Shown here: positions 22,980 through 32,017 of the stretch, piece after piece
How the letters are laid out: each line of letters begins with the position of its first letter
How positions within the stretch are numbered: the stretch's first letter is position 1
Assembly: GCA_963696385.1 (NCBI GenBank)
Contig: CAVOKF010000003.1
Span: forward strand, 672,001 to 736,000
Source: an uncultured delta proteobacterium
GTDB lineage: Bacteria; Myxococcota_A; Polyangia; Polyangiales; Polyangiaceae
Length of the DNA: 64,000 bases
Direction: 5' to 3'
Position numbers and translations under genes: made by a program
The notes under the pieces: generated by a model
Databases searched by the model: none
The model's input: only the letters and a program-made list of their open reading frames with translations
What the model was told of the DNA's origin: nothing

Positions 22980-23501
22980 ATGGCCGTCCGCACGATCCTG
23001 CACTATCCCGATGCCCGACTTCGTGTCGCCGGGCGCAAAGTCGAGGCGCTTACGGAAGAGCTTAGGGGTTTGATAGACGACATGGCAGAGACGATGTATG
23101 CGGCGCCTGGCGTCGGTTTGGCAGCCACCCAAGTCGGCGAGCTCTGGCAAATCTTCGTCGTCGACTGCGCGTCCGAGGGGGACGCCAGCGATTTTCGTGT
23201 GTTTGTCAACCCCGAGATCATCACGAGCGAAGGGAAAATGGCCTCGGAAGAGGGCTGCTTGAGTTTTCCGGGCGCACGCGAAGACATCGAGCGCGCCGAA
23301 AAAGTGCGCGTCCGAGCCCGAGACGGCCACGGGCGGCCCTTCGAGCTGGAGGCCCAAGGCCTTCTCGCCATTGCAATTCAGCATGAATACGACCATTTAC
23401 AGGGGGTGCTCATGATCGATCGCCTAGGCCCGCTCAAAAAGCGTCTGCTTCACCGAAAAATGCTCAAGCGCGGGGAGAGTGCGACTGCCGCATCAGGCTG
23501 A
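22980..23501 (+). CDS. def: Peptide deformylase
   Basis: GVGLAATQVG, EGCLS, QHEYDHLQG. Confidence 0.97.
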   Translation: MAVRTILHYPDARLRVAGRKVEALTEELRGLIDDMAETMYAAPGVGLAATQVGELWQIFVVDCASEGDASDFRVFVNPEIITSEGKMASEEGCLSFPGAREDIERAEKVRVRARDGHGRPFELEAQGLLAIAIQHEYDHLQGVLMIDRLGPLKKRLLHRKMLKRGESATAASG

Positions 23502-23612
23502 ATCCTACGCATCAACGAAACACTGTCGGCTGAGGTCGCCACTGCCCACGGCCCGTGGAAACATTCGAAGCGAACGACGCGTTTCGGAGCCGGACCCCAT
23601 CGATCCGTTCCA

Positions 23613-24896
23613 TTGCCCCGTACCATTTCCCCCACAGCGCTAGTGACCACTTCCATCCCCCTCCAATCCATCCGCCAAGACGCGCCGTCCGACGCGGTCA
23701 CCACTTATTTCGAGCAGCTCGCCCGGGTGCCGCTCCTCACTCGGGAGGGCGAGGTCGACCTCGCCAAACGCATCGAGGACGGCGAGAGGCAGGCCCTAAG
23801 TGCCATCGCCGGCTCCACCGTTGGCGCGCGCGAGCTCGGAGCGTTGGGCCGCGCGCTGCGCGATCGGAAGCTTCGACTGCGTGACATCACCCGCGCCACG
23901 GTCGATGACGACGGGGGCGATGATGAAGACGGGACTGTCCGCGCCATCGGGGAGGCGCTCGAACGCGCAGGGGCGATAGCGCGATCTCGCCGGGTCGGGG
24001 CGGGTGCCCGCGGCGAGTTGGTCGAAGCCCTCCTGGAGGTGCGTCTTACTCGTCGTGCCTTTGACCGGATCGTAGCCAAGCTGCGAAGCACGCGCGAGGA
24101 TGCGCCCGTCACGCGGCGACGCGCATTGGACGCAACGCTCGGTGCCATTCGCTCCGGGGAAGCCAAGTCCGAACGGGCAAAGGCCGCCCTGATCGCGGCA
24201 AACCTCAGATTGGTCGTATCGATTGCCAAACGCTACCGCAACCGCGGTCTGCACCTGCTCGATTTGATTCAAGAGGGCAATTTGGGCCTCATGCGGGCCG
24301 TCGACAAGTTCGAGTACAAGCGCGGGTACAAGTTCAGCACATACGCTAGCTGGTGGATTCGGCAGAGCGTAAGCCGCGCCATCAGCGACCAGGCGCGCAC
24401 CATTCGCATCCCGGTGCACATGGTCGAGACGCACAATAAGCTCTCGAAGACGTTGCGCGACATGGTCCAGGAAGGGGGCGAGGAGCCCACCCCGGAACAA
24501 ATAGCCGCCCGGATGAACGTACCGGTCGAGAAGATTCGAATGCTTCTGGAAGCAACGCGCGATCCGGTCAGCCTTGACTCGCCGGTTGGCGAAGACGGCG
24601 GCGCAACGATTGGCGACTTTGTCGAGGATCTTTCGTTCCGTGCTCCCGACGACGCGGTCGGCGACAAGGAGCTTTCACACGAAACGCGCGAGCTTCTCAA
24701 GCTTCTCACCCCACGCGAGGAGCAAGTGCTGCGAATGCGGTTTGGAATCGACTCGCCTGGCGATCAAACGCTCGAGGATGTCGGCAAGAACTTCGAGCTG
24801 ACGCGAGAGAGGATCCGTCAGATCGAGACGAAGGCTCTTCGGAAGCTGCGCCTGCCTTCATTCCACAGAAAATTGAAGGTTCACATCGAGAGATGA
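23613..24896 (+). CDS. RpoD-like sigma70 factor lacking region 1.1
   Basis: Region 1.2 ([16 protein letters not shown]), region 2 ([12 protein letters not shown]...[10 protein letters not shown]...[12 protein letters not shown]), region 4 (TLEDVG...TRERIRQIE). Start uncertain. Confidence 0.9.
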   Translation: MPRTISPTALVTTSIPLQSIRQDAPSDAVTTYFEQLARVPLLTREGEVDLAKRIEDGERQALSAIAGSTVGARELGALGRALRDRKLRLRDITRATVDDDGGDDEDGTVRAIGEALERAGAIARSRRVGAGARGELVEALLEVRLTRRAFDRIVAKLRSTREDAPVTRRRALDATLGAIRSGEAKSERAKAALIAANLRLVVSIAKRYRNRGLHLLDLIQEGNLGLMRAVDKFEYKRGYKFSTYASWWIRQSVSRAISDQARTIRIPVHMVETHNKLSKTLRDMVQEGGEEPTPEQIAARMNVPVEKIRMLLEATRDPVSLDSPVGEDGGATIGDFVEDLSFRAPDDAVGDKELSHETRELLKLLTPREEQVLRMRFGIDSPGDQTLEDVGKNFELTRERIRQIETKALRKLRLPSFHRKLKVHIER

Positions 24897-24902
24897 AGCG
24901 TG

Positions 24903-26846
24903 TTACCGCGCCCGTTTGAAGAGGGCCGCCTCGAGCGTCACGCCGCGTGCCGCGAAATCACCCGTGAATCTTGGGATGTTTCCTGTCACCACGAAAGTCG
25001 GCTCGCCGACCGCTTCCGCATTCGAGATGAAGAGGTCGGCCACGCTGACCCCCTTCGCATCGGACCCGATGAGTTCAGAGATTCGCAGAACCCGAAGGCG
25101 CTGGTCGGTCGGCGAACGTCCCATCTCGACGGCCACGTCGAAGGACTCGCCGACCGCCTCGCGTGCAACCTCGATCGAGGTGCCAGGACGCGCCAGGGCT
25201 ATCTGAGCGGCCAGCCGGGCGAGCCCCTGCCGCATGGACGGCGCCCCGACGCCTCCGAAGACGCCCTCGAAGCCCTCGGCAATGGCGTCGATGGCAGCCG
25301 CCGCCAGCTCGCCACGGAGCGATCCGAGCGAAACGTGGCCGGCTCCGAGTCGCGTGGCGGCCAGCAGCGTCCGCACCGCATCGGGTCCCTCTCTGGGCCG
25401 AAGTCCAATTGCCTGAGCCTGGGGGCCCACGGCAACGTCTTCCTCGTCCTGGAACATAGCCACTCGTTCACCGACAGGCGTGGCCGCTACGAGCGCACCG
25501 AGCATCGGTGCGATGAGCGTGGGCCCCGAGCCAATGACCAGAACGTTGGCGCGCGCAGCCGCGCAGGCCTCGAGAAATACCGCCATGGGACGCGACAGGG
25601 CACCGGTGCGCACGAGTTCGTCGAACGTCACGTCGAAGCGTCGCGGTTTACGAATGGCGAGCACCCAAGATTGCGCAACCGGAGGCCCAACCGCGACCAG
25701 GCGGGCGCCCCGGGGCAATCTTCGGTCGACGATGGGCTCGCCGGCCCGAAGGGGCTCGCTCGTACGTCCGGCCAGCCGGGCGATGGCGCGACGGACGACA
25801 GGCTCGCTCGTGAAGCCTGGCTCCGCCAGAAACGACTGCCCGTTCCTGGTGGCGAGCACGTAGTCTGGCCGCCAAACGTGAATCTGAGTCACGGAATCAT
25901 CGTCGAGGAGCGGGCCCAACGGCCCGACGTCGACGAGCTCGCGAATCGCGTCGCGCGAGAGGGTCTCGAGATCCACCCCTTCGGGTGCTTCCCCTTCGAC
26001 CCGCATGGCCTTCGCTTGGTCGCGAACGGCCCGCTCAATCTGTTCTAACTGCGCATCGGAAACTTCGAATGCCTGATCCATCGAAGCCAGATCGATCGCG
26101 TCGGCCACCCGATCGACCAGGGTAATCAGCGCCAGGCGTCGTGCCGCCTGCTGAGGTCCCTCCCGCGGCGGCGATCGGCCGGGCACTGGAGCCGTCGGTC
26201 GCGCCGCGAGTGTCGATGCTGGAAGCGACTGACGCTGCGGCGCCCCCGATCGTTCAGGAGCCACCGTCACGGACCGCGGACGCGGCTCCAGACGCTGCGG
26301 AAGGCGAGGAGGCGCGGGCAACATGGGCATGGACATCCCGCGCAGCTCGGGCGCGCTTTCGCTGTCTGGATCGCGCTCGAGCGGGAAATGGCTCACGTTC
26401 TGCAGTTCTGGCGGTGGCGCCGCGGCGGACCGGGCGACGAGTCCGGCAGGCGCTGCCGACGTCAGGGGGGTCGACGGGCCCACCGCGGGCGAGGAGCCTG
26501 GATCGAGTGCTGATGTTCGCGCGACGGGTGCTTCGGCCGGTCGACCGGATTCTTTCCCGGTCGCCTCCAAACGGAGAACGAAGTCACCGATGTAGATTTT
26601 GTCGCCCTCGCGAACGAGCGTCGCTTGCGAAATTTTTCGACCGTTTACGTACGTCCCGTTCGTGCTCCTCAAGTCGGTAACGATGAAGCGTGCGTCGCGA
26701 AGAAGCAGACGGGCGTGATGCTTCGAAACATTGCCCTTTGGCAGCATCAGGTCATTGCCCTGCACTCGCCCCACGCTGATTTCACCCCCTTCGAAAGCTT
26801 CCCGTCGCTCGGTCCCTCCTTTTTCGTTGATGACGATCGTGAACAT
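24903..26846 (-). CDS. FHA domain + Pro-rich linker + degenerate CpaF/TadA (VirB11-like) ATPase
   Basis: FHA (VGRVQGND...VSKHHA...STNGTYVNG). TadA-like LGPLLDDDSVTQI, IVDRRLPRGARL, LAIRK. Walker A/B not intact. Confidence 0.85.
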   Translation of the reverse strand: MFTIVINEKGGTERREAFEGGEISVGRVQGNDLMLPKGNVSKHHARLLLRDARFIVTDLRSTNGTYVNGRKISQATLVREGDKIYIGDFVLRLEATGKESGRPAEAPVARTSALDPGSSPAVGPSTPLTSAAPAGLVARSAAAPPPELQNVSHFPLERDPDSESAPELRGMSMPMLPAPPRLPQRLEPRPRSVTVAPERSGAPQRQSLPASTLAARPTAPVPGRSPPREGPQQAARRLALITLVDRVADAIDLASMDQAFEVSDAQLEQIERAVRDQAKAMRVEGEAPEGVDLETLSRDAIRELVDVGPLGPLLDDDSVTQIHVWRPDYVLATRNGQSFLAEPGFTSEPVVRRAIARLAGRTSEPLRAGEPIVDRRLPRGARLVAVGPPVAQSWVLAIRKPRRFDVTFDELVRTGALSRPMAVFLEACAAARANVLVIGSGPTLIAPMLGALVAATPVGERVAMFQDEEDVAVGPQAQAIGLRPREGPDAVRTLLAATRLGAGHVSLGSLRGELAAAAIDAIAEGFEGVFGGVGAPSMRQGLARLAAQIALARPGTSIEVAREAVGESFDVAVEMGRSPTDQRLRVLRISELIGSDAKGVSVADLFISNAEAVGEPTFVVTGNIPRFTGDFAARGVTLEAALFKRAR

Positions 26847-26911
26847 TCAGCTCCCTCGGAACGCTGCGGCCGTTCGCGCCCGTCCCATCGCGCGCCAGCA
26901 CGTCCCCGAGG

Positions 26912-26940
26912 ATTGTCGAAGCAGCCCGGCAAGCAGTCAA
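26912..26940 (-). promoter_or_regulatory. Candidate sigma70 promoter for the FHA-TadA gene
   Basis: TTGACT-17 nt-GACAAT on the minus strand. Confidence 0.5.
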
Positions 26941-26992
26941 CTTGGGCGGCGTTTTTGCCGAACGGTGGTTGCCGGCCCGCTCGTCCCCCCAG

Positions 26993-27193
26993 TCAGGTTC
27001 GACCGCGCTGGCCCCTGGGAGCGGCTTCCGCGCGGACCTCGCTGGCCACTTCTCCGAGGAGCTCACCGGCAAGGGCCATGACATGGCGCACTTCATAGCC
27101 GCTGCTCCGGAGCTCTCGGTAAATGGTCTTCGCCAGAATAGAGAGCGCGCGGGAATCGCGGGCGCCCGGTGTCTCGCCGAACGGTAGGGCCAT
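26993..27193 (-). CDS. Small 66-aa helical hypothetical protein
   Basis: RALSILAKTIYRELRSSGYEVRHVMALAGELLGEV reads as an amphipathic two-helix protein; preceded by a sigma54 motif. Confidence 0.7.
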   Translation of the reverse strand: MALPFGETPGARDSRALSILAKTIYRELRSSGYEVRHVMALAGELLGEVASEVRAEAAPRGQRGRT

Positions 27194-27252
27194 GGGTTGT
27201 CGGATTCAGGTCGCTCCACATCGGGCGACCACGTTGCTCCGCGGCGGACGAA

Positions 27253-27268
27253 AGCAAGACGCGCGCCA
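27253..27268 (-). promoter_or_regulatory. sigma54 (-24/-12) promoter
   Basis: TGGCGCGCGTCTTGCT, near consensus TGGCAC-N5-TTGC, 60 nt upstream of the ATG at 27193. Confidence 0.7.
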
Positions 27269-27418
27269 AACATCGATTGGCACAAACCATCGAGGCTTTC
27301 ATGGTCTTGGGGGGACCCGATGCGTGGTCGAATGCGCAGGCAGCGAAACACGCTTCGCGCTGGGCCTCGGCACCCGGCGACTGCCGGGCTGGCGCGGCGG
27401 ATGATAGCTTTGCGCAAC

Positions 27419-28873
27419 ATGGCGATGCCCCATCCTCGCAGCGATGGGCGCGCTGCCGCCCCCTCAAGCAAACTTCCGGCGCGCACGGGACGGCTCGCCA
27501 CCCTGGTCCAGCCCGAATCGCGCCCTCGTCGTCTTCTCCTCGCACTGTTCGTGTATCTCGTGACCACGGCGATCTTCGCTGCGTTCGCGGGAGCACAACG
27601 GCTCACGGTCCATACCCCTTTCAATCACTTTGCTCTCCTGGCAGACGCCTGGTTGCACGGGCGCCAAGACCTTGCGGGTGGCCCGCCGGCCTACGCCATG
27701 AACAACGACTTCGCCGAGTTTCACGGCAAGACGTACATCAGTTTTCCTCCACTGCCGGCGCTCTTGATGCTGCCGTTCGTGAAGCTCGCGGGTTCCGCGG
27801 AGAATTTCCGCGACGGCCAATTTGCGGTGGAGCTGGCGGGCCTTGCGCCTGCCGCGTTGTTGCTGGTGCTCGAAAAGCTTCGCCGAACGGGCCGGTCATG
27901 GCGAACGGAACGTCAGAACGTCGCGTTAGCGCTGCTTTATGCCTTCGGAACGGTCTACTTTTTCTCGGCGGTCGAGGGAACCGTGTGGTTCGTCGCCATG
28001 GTCGTGGGCGCGGCCGAGGGCGCGCTCTACGCGCTCTGGGCGCTCGACGCCGAGCGACCCGCTTTGGCGGGCACGATGCTGGCCTGCGCTTGGCTGACTC
28101 GGACCCCCGTGTTTCTGACCATCCCGCTCTTTGCGTTGGAGGCGTTGAGGGTCTCGGTCAAAGGCGAGCTTGCCATGTCCGGGAGCCTCGTCGATCGAAT
28201 TCGCGCGCTCCCATCTGGCGTCGACTTCCGTGCACTCGCACGCCGGTACGCTCTGTTTTCGGGGCCGATCGTGGTTGGTTTCGGAATCGCCGCCTGGTTG
28301 AATTGGACCCGCTACGGCCGCGCGACTCCTATTTGGTTCGATCACGAGTTCCTGACGGTCGGATGGCACACGCGGATCATGAAGTGGGGCCTCTTCAGCT
28401 ATCACTACCTCGCAAAGAACCTGGGGATCATGCTTTCGAGTTTGCCGTGGCTGCCGCCGCGCATCCTTGCAACGGCCGCAGCCCCCTTTCAGATCAACGA
28501 ACACGGTCTGGCGATCTGGTTCACGACCCCCCTCTACTTCTGGGTGCTCTGGCCCAAAGGTCTCGAAGGCGACCGGCCGAGAAAGTGGCTTTACGCCATC
28601 GTGGTCTTGTCTGCCGCGATTCCTGCAGTCGGCGATCTCATTTATCAGAACTCCGGATGGCGAACTTTTGGGTATCGTTTTTCCAATGACTACTCCGCTC
28701 TTCTCTTCGTCCTCATCGCCATCGGATCTCGCCCGATGCGCCATCTCTTCACGGCGGCGGCGATCTGGAGCGTGGCCTGGAATGCCTTTGGCGCCGCCAC
28801 GTTCGACAAGGCGTCGATGGATCGATTCTATTTCCGCGATGGCTCTCAGACGATCGTTTACCAACCAGACTGA
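27419..28873 (+). CDS. Polytopic membrane protein, probable GT-C-fold glycosyltransferase
   Basis: ~10 TM segments with first-loop motifs NHFALLADAWLHG, YISFPPLPALLMLPFV, and late FGYRFSND. Family assignment is an inference. Confidence 0.6.
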   Translation: MAMPHPRSDGRAAAPSSKLPARTGRLATLVQPESRPRRLLLALFVYLVTTAIFAAFAGAQRLTVHTPFNHFALLADAWLHGRQDLAGGPPAYAMNNDFAEFHGKTYISFPPLPALLMLPFVKLAGSAENFRDGQFAVELAGLAPAALLLVLEKLRRTGRSWRTERQNVALALLYAFGTVYFFSAVEGTVWFVAMVVGAAEGALYALWALDAERPALAGTMLACAWLTRTPVFLTIPLFALEALRVSVKGELAMSGSLVDRIRALPSGVDFRALARRYALFSGPIVVGFGIAAWLNWTRYGRATPIWFDHEFLTVGWHTRIMKWGLFSYHYLAKNLGIMLSSLPWLPPRILATAAAPFQINEHGLAIWFTTPLYFWVLWPKGLEGDRPRKWLYAIVVLSAAIPAVGDLIYQNSGWRTFGYRFSNDYSALLFVLIAIGSRPMRHLFTAAAIWSVAWNAFGAATFDKASMDRFYFRDGSQTIVYQPD

Positions 28874-28913
28874 GCGAGGTCGACGCTCGGTCGAGCGAAT
28901 CGCCCCAGCCCGG

Positions 28914-29564
28914 CTACCGAGGCCGTTCGATCCGCTGGCCCGATTTGACTCCGTGCCGCCGCGCCCACCCGGCGTTCACCTCGAGCACCCAGCGCGATGG
29001 GCAACCGACTCCGCGCGCCTCGTCGTTGAGGGTCGGCGCATTCTCGACGATGCCCACCACCAAGCCGTCGAAATCGACGAAAATCAGGTCGAGTGGGATG
29101 CACGTGTTGTGCATCCAGAACCGGTGGTCTTCGCGAACGCCCAAGTCGAAGAGCATCCCCTGGTCTTCGCCCAACGATTTCCGGTACATTAACCCGCGCA
29201 TCGTGTCGTGCGGCGAGCGCACGACCTCCGCATTCACGGAGACGCCGCTCACGTCTTCGAAGATGACGCGGACCGTAGGAAGTCTGGCAGGCGAGCCGGA
29301 GGCCTCGGGATCCGCTGGACAGTCTGCGACTGGCCCCGGTGGCAAGGCGGCCGGCGGCCCCTCCGCCGTCGCACGAACGCAACGGTCGCCGGAAAGCCGC
29401 TCCGACGTGCCGGTCGCGACCGGGCCGTCGCTCGGCGGCGGCGCATGCGCGGGCTTCACCGGTTCGCCCGTGGCGGCAACCGCGTGCGCGAAATCCTCTT
29501 GCGCCGGCCGTTGGCAGCATGCCGCCCCCAGGGTCATTACGAGAGCCATCGAGACGGAACGCAT
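28914..29564 (-). CDS. DUF192 domain protein (putative lipoprotein)
   Basis: RGLMYR...GMLF...FWMHNTCIPLDLIF...VLEVNAG; N-terminal LGAAC. Confidence 0.88.
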   Translation of the reverse strand: MRSVSMALVMTLGAACCQRPAQEDFAHAVAATGEPVKPAHAPPPSDGPVATGTSERLSGDRCVRATAEGPPAALPPGPVADCPADPEASGSPARLPTVRVIFEDVSGVSVNAEVVRSPHDTMRGLMYRKSLGEDQGMLFDLGVREDHRFWMHNTCIPLDLIFVDFDGLVVGIVENAPTLNDEARGVGCPSRWVLEVNAGWARRHGVKSGQRIERPR

Positions 29565-29600
29565 GGCCCGCTCTACCGCGCTGCGCACGGGGGCGACACA

Positions 29601-29658
29601 GATAAAAACGGCACCGCATAGGGGCCCGGGGGGGGAGAGCCGGCCTACGCGGTGCCGC
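29601..29658 (-). ncRNA. Candidate sigma54-dependent single-hairpin sRNA (or leader attenuator) with C-rich loop
   Basis: CGGCACCGCGUAGG-CCGG-CUCUCCCCCC-CCGG-GCC-CCUAUGCGGUGCCG-UUUUUAUC; predicted +1 at 29658. Confidence 0.55.
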
Positions 29659-29668
29659 TCGCCTACGA

Positions 29669-29684
29669 TGCGACGAGTATGCCA
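29669..29684 (-). promoter_or_regulatory. sigma54 (-24/-12) promoter
   Basis: TGGCATACTCGTCGCA with exact GG-N10-GC spacing. Confidence 0.6.
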
Positions 29685-30005
29685 GGCTGCGCACCGAAGC
29701 GTTCTCGAGAACTTGCGCCGCGTGCCACGGAGGTCGGCGTTCAGAAACGAAATGAGCCGCCCGCCGAGGATTTCACAATTGAAACGACCCTCGTCGGTTC
29801 GATCGCTATGGAGATCCTGTGGACAATTCAGGGCTCCGCCGTGGTCGGCGAGGGCAGACCACGCGCCAACACGATGAGCTCGTCGCATTCCCCTGCCGCT
29901 TCTGCCGGTGCCGCCGCGGTCGAGGCGCGTGCAAGGCCGAACAGGCGGCTCCTGACGCTCTCGATCCCTTTCGGGACCCTCATGGGCGCTTCTGGTCTCC
30001 CTAAC

Positions 30006-31922
30006 CTGAAGTTCCCCGCCCGCCGGGACACAATGCGGCCTATTTTCCCTGGATCCGTCGAAATCGCGGCCTGAGTTACTGCCTACACGGCGATGGCTTC
30101 AAGTAGCTGGAGGGCTCTCGCTTGCTCGGGTGACGGGACGGTCAGCATGGTGAAAGTCTGGCCTTCGTTGTCGGCTCCGACGGGCGCGAAGGTGCTTCGG
30201 GTGATCGTGGCGAGATTGGCGAGAAGGGTACGGAAGCTGTGGACGGGCGCCCCGTCCTCGCTTCGCTTGGTGGCGACCTTATCGAGTGCACCGGGCGACC
30301 GGGTGGCCGGCGCGACCGGGTCTCTCGTGTTCTTGGCAGCCTGGTCCTCGTCCGAGAAGAGGACCGGTCGCCACGCTTCGCGCATGTGCCACTCCACGTA
30401 GAAAGCGAGCGTGCACAGGAAGATGTGCGCTCGGACTCGGTTTTCCAAGTGGTGGTGAATGGGGCGCACCTTCAAGTCGATCGTCTTGATGGATCGGAAT
30501 GCGCGTTCGACATTCGCGAGCTTCTTGTAATGGCGAACGGCCTGTTCGTCGCTGGTCGACTCTTGGCTCAAGGACGTACGAATCACGTATACGCCGTCGA
30601 GTGCTGCCTCCTCTGCGATGCGATCCTCGCGGAGGCGATACTCGAATGTGGAATCATGGATTTCGAGTAAGAAGTGCTTGGCCACCTTATGCTTGTTGAT
30701 CACTTTTCCGATCCGTAGCCCGATCGCTGCTTTGCCCACCAGCTTTCCGCGAGCCACAATTCTCTGCACCGCGTCGAGTTCTTTGCGTGTCGCGTCGACA
30801 AGGCTCTGGCGCTTGTGTGCGCGCAATCGTGCGAGATCGTGGTTCTTGCATGCGATCAACCGCTCACCGGCAAGTTTTGGGTCCCGCACGGAAAACAGAT
30901 TGCGTTCGTCGAAGAGTCCGAGTTGCAGAACGCCCGAGTGCACGAGGGATCGAATGCGACCGCTCTTGAGCGCGGTAACCCAGGTCATCCCACCGGTTTT
31001 GCGAAGCGACGAAATCTGTTTCTCCGTGATCATCCCGCGGTCACCCACAATCACGAATCCGTCAATCCCGAAGTCGGATCGAACACGCTCCACCTGGTCG
31101 AGGAGCGTCGTCGAATCGGATGCGTTTCCCTCGTAAACCTGGACCGCAATGGGACAGCCCCGTTCATCGGTGAGAAGGCCATAGTTGACCTGCAGCTTGC
31201 CCTTCTTGCCATCGCGGTTGTATCCGAACTTGGCAAGCGGACATTGGTGTCCTTCAAAATAGCTCGATGACAGATCGTAGAGCACCAACCCTTGCTGGCG
31301 CAGGTGACGCGTCGCCAACTTCTTCTCGATCGCGTCCTGCCGCTCGAAGAGCCAATCCATGGCGTCGTACAGGTCATCTTCGGTCGCATCCGCGACCCCG
31401 AGGTCTTCGGGCAGGGTCGTGGTCTTCCAGGCCCTCGTCGTCGCGAGCTTGCTCTGGGCATCGGTGATGCGCGCCACCAACAGGGCCATCACCAGATCGC
31501 GCTGGCGGCTTGGTTGTCGGTCGATGAGGACCTCGAGCCCCAACTTGCGAATGACTTGCCGAACGGCGTCGACCGCACCGTGGCTTTGGTCGCGCACCTT
31601 TCGGATCGGCCCGTCCGGGCCAAACAAGGGCTCCCCGCGGAGCGCTCGCCGCATCCCCTCCACCTGCTTTTCCGTCAACGACGACAGGTTCGCCAGCGTG
31701 CGCGACTTGACCCGTCCGCCCTCTCGATACGACTCGCGCAGCAGGATCGCCGGTGGAGAGCCGCGGTTCGGCACGGTTGCGATGTACATGCCTCCGCATC
31801 ATGCACATCGAATCGATAATGGAAAGCTATTTCTATCTGTTTACATGCCTACATTTCGGGTCAATTTTGCCGATTCCACAGCAAGATCGCGAACTTCGGC
31901 GATTTTGGTTCAGGAACTTCAG
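30006..31922 (-). mobile_element. IS1634-family insertion sequence, apparently intact
   Basis: Perfect 10-bp terminal inverted repeats CTGAAGTTCC (30006-15) / GGAACTTCAG (31913-22), flanked by the 6-bp direct repeat CCTAAC (30000-05 and 31923-28). Confidence 0.92.
30083..31789 (-). CDS. IS1634-family DDE transposase
   Basis: LRESYREGGRVKSRTLANLS, LYDLSSSYFEG, FGYNRDGK, VGDRGM, VERAFRSIK, RVRAHIFLC. Confidence 0.95.
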   Translation of the reverse strand: MYIATVPNRGSPPAILLRESYREGGRVKSRTLANLSSLTEKQVEGMRRALRGEPLFGPDGPIRKVRDQSHGAVDAVRQVIRKLGLEVLIDRQPSRQRDLVMALLVARITDAQSKLATTRAWKTTTLPEDLGVADATEDDLYDAMDWLFERQDAIEKKLATRHLRQQGLVLYDLSSSYFEGHQCPLAKFGYNRDGKKGKLQVNYGLLTDERGCPIAVQVYEGNASDSTTLLDQVERVRSDFGIDGFVIVGDRGMITEKQISSLRKTGGMTWVTALKSGRIRSLVHSGVLQLGLFDERNLFSVRDPKLAGERLIACKNHDLARLRAHKRQSLVDATRKELDAVQRIVARGKLVGKAAIGLRIGKVINKHKVAKHFLLEIHDSTFEYRLREDRIAEEAALDGVYVIRTSLSQESTSDEQAVRHYKKLANVERAFRSIKTIDLKVRPIHHHLENRVRAHIFLCTLAFYVEWHMREAWRPVLFSDEDQAAKNTRDPVAPATRSPGALDKVATKRSEDGAPVHSFRTLLANLATITRSTFAPVGADNEGQTFTMLTVPSPEQARALQLLEAIAV

Positions 31923-32017
31923 CCTAACGACTCCCGCTGAGGCGGCCAAAGGGCGAGGTCCGCCGGGGCGATTGGCAAGTCGAGCACGTCGAGCTTCCCA
32001 AGAGGGTCCGCTCAAGC

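Noticed and set aside
29652..30074. ORFs 29652-30074(+) and 29828-30031(-) as a gene disrupted by the IS
   Set aside because: Rejoining the flanks gives only short motif-less peptides; the insertion looks intergenic.
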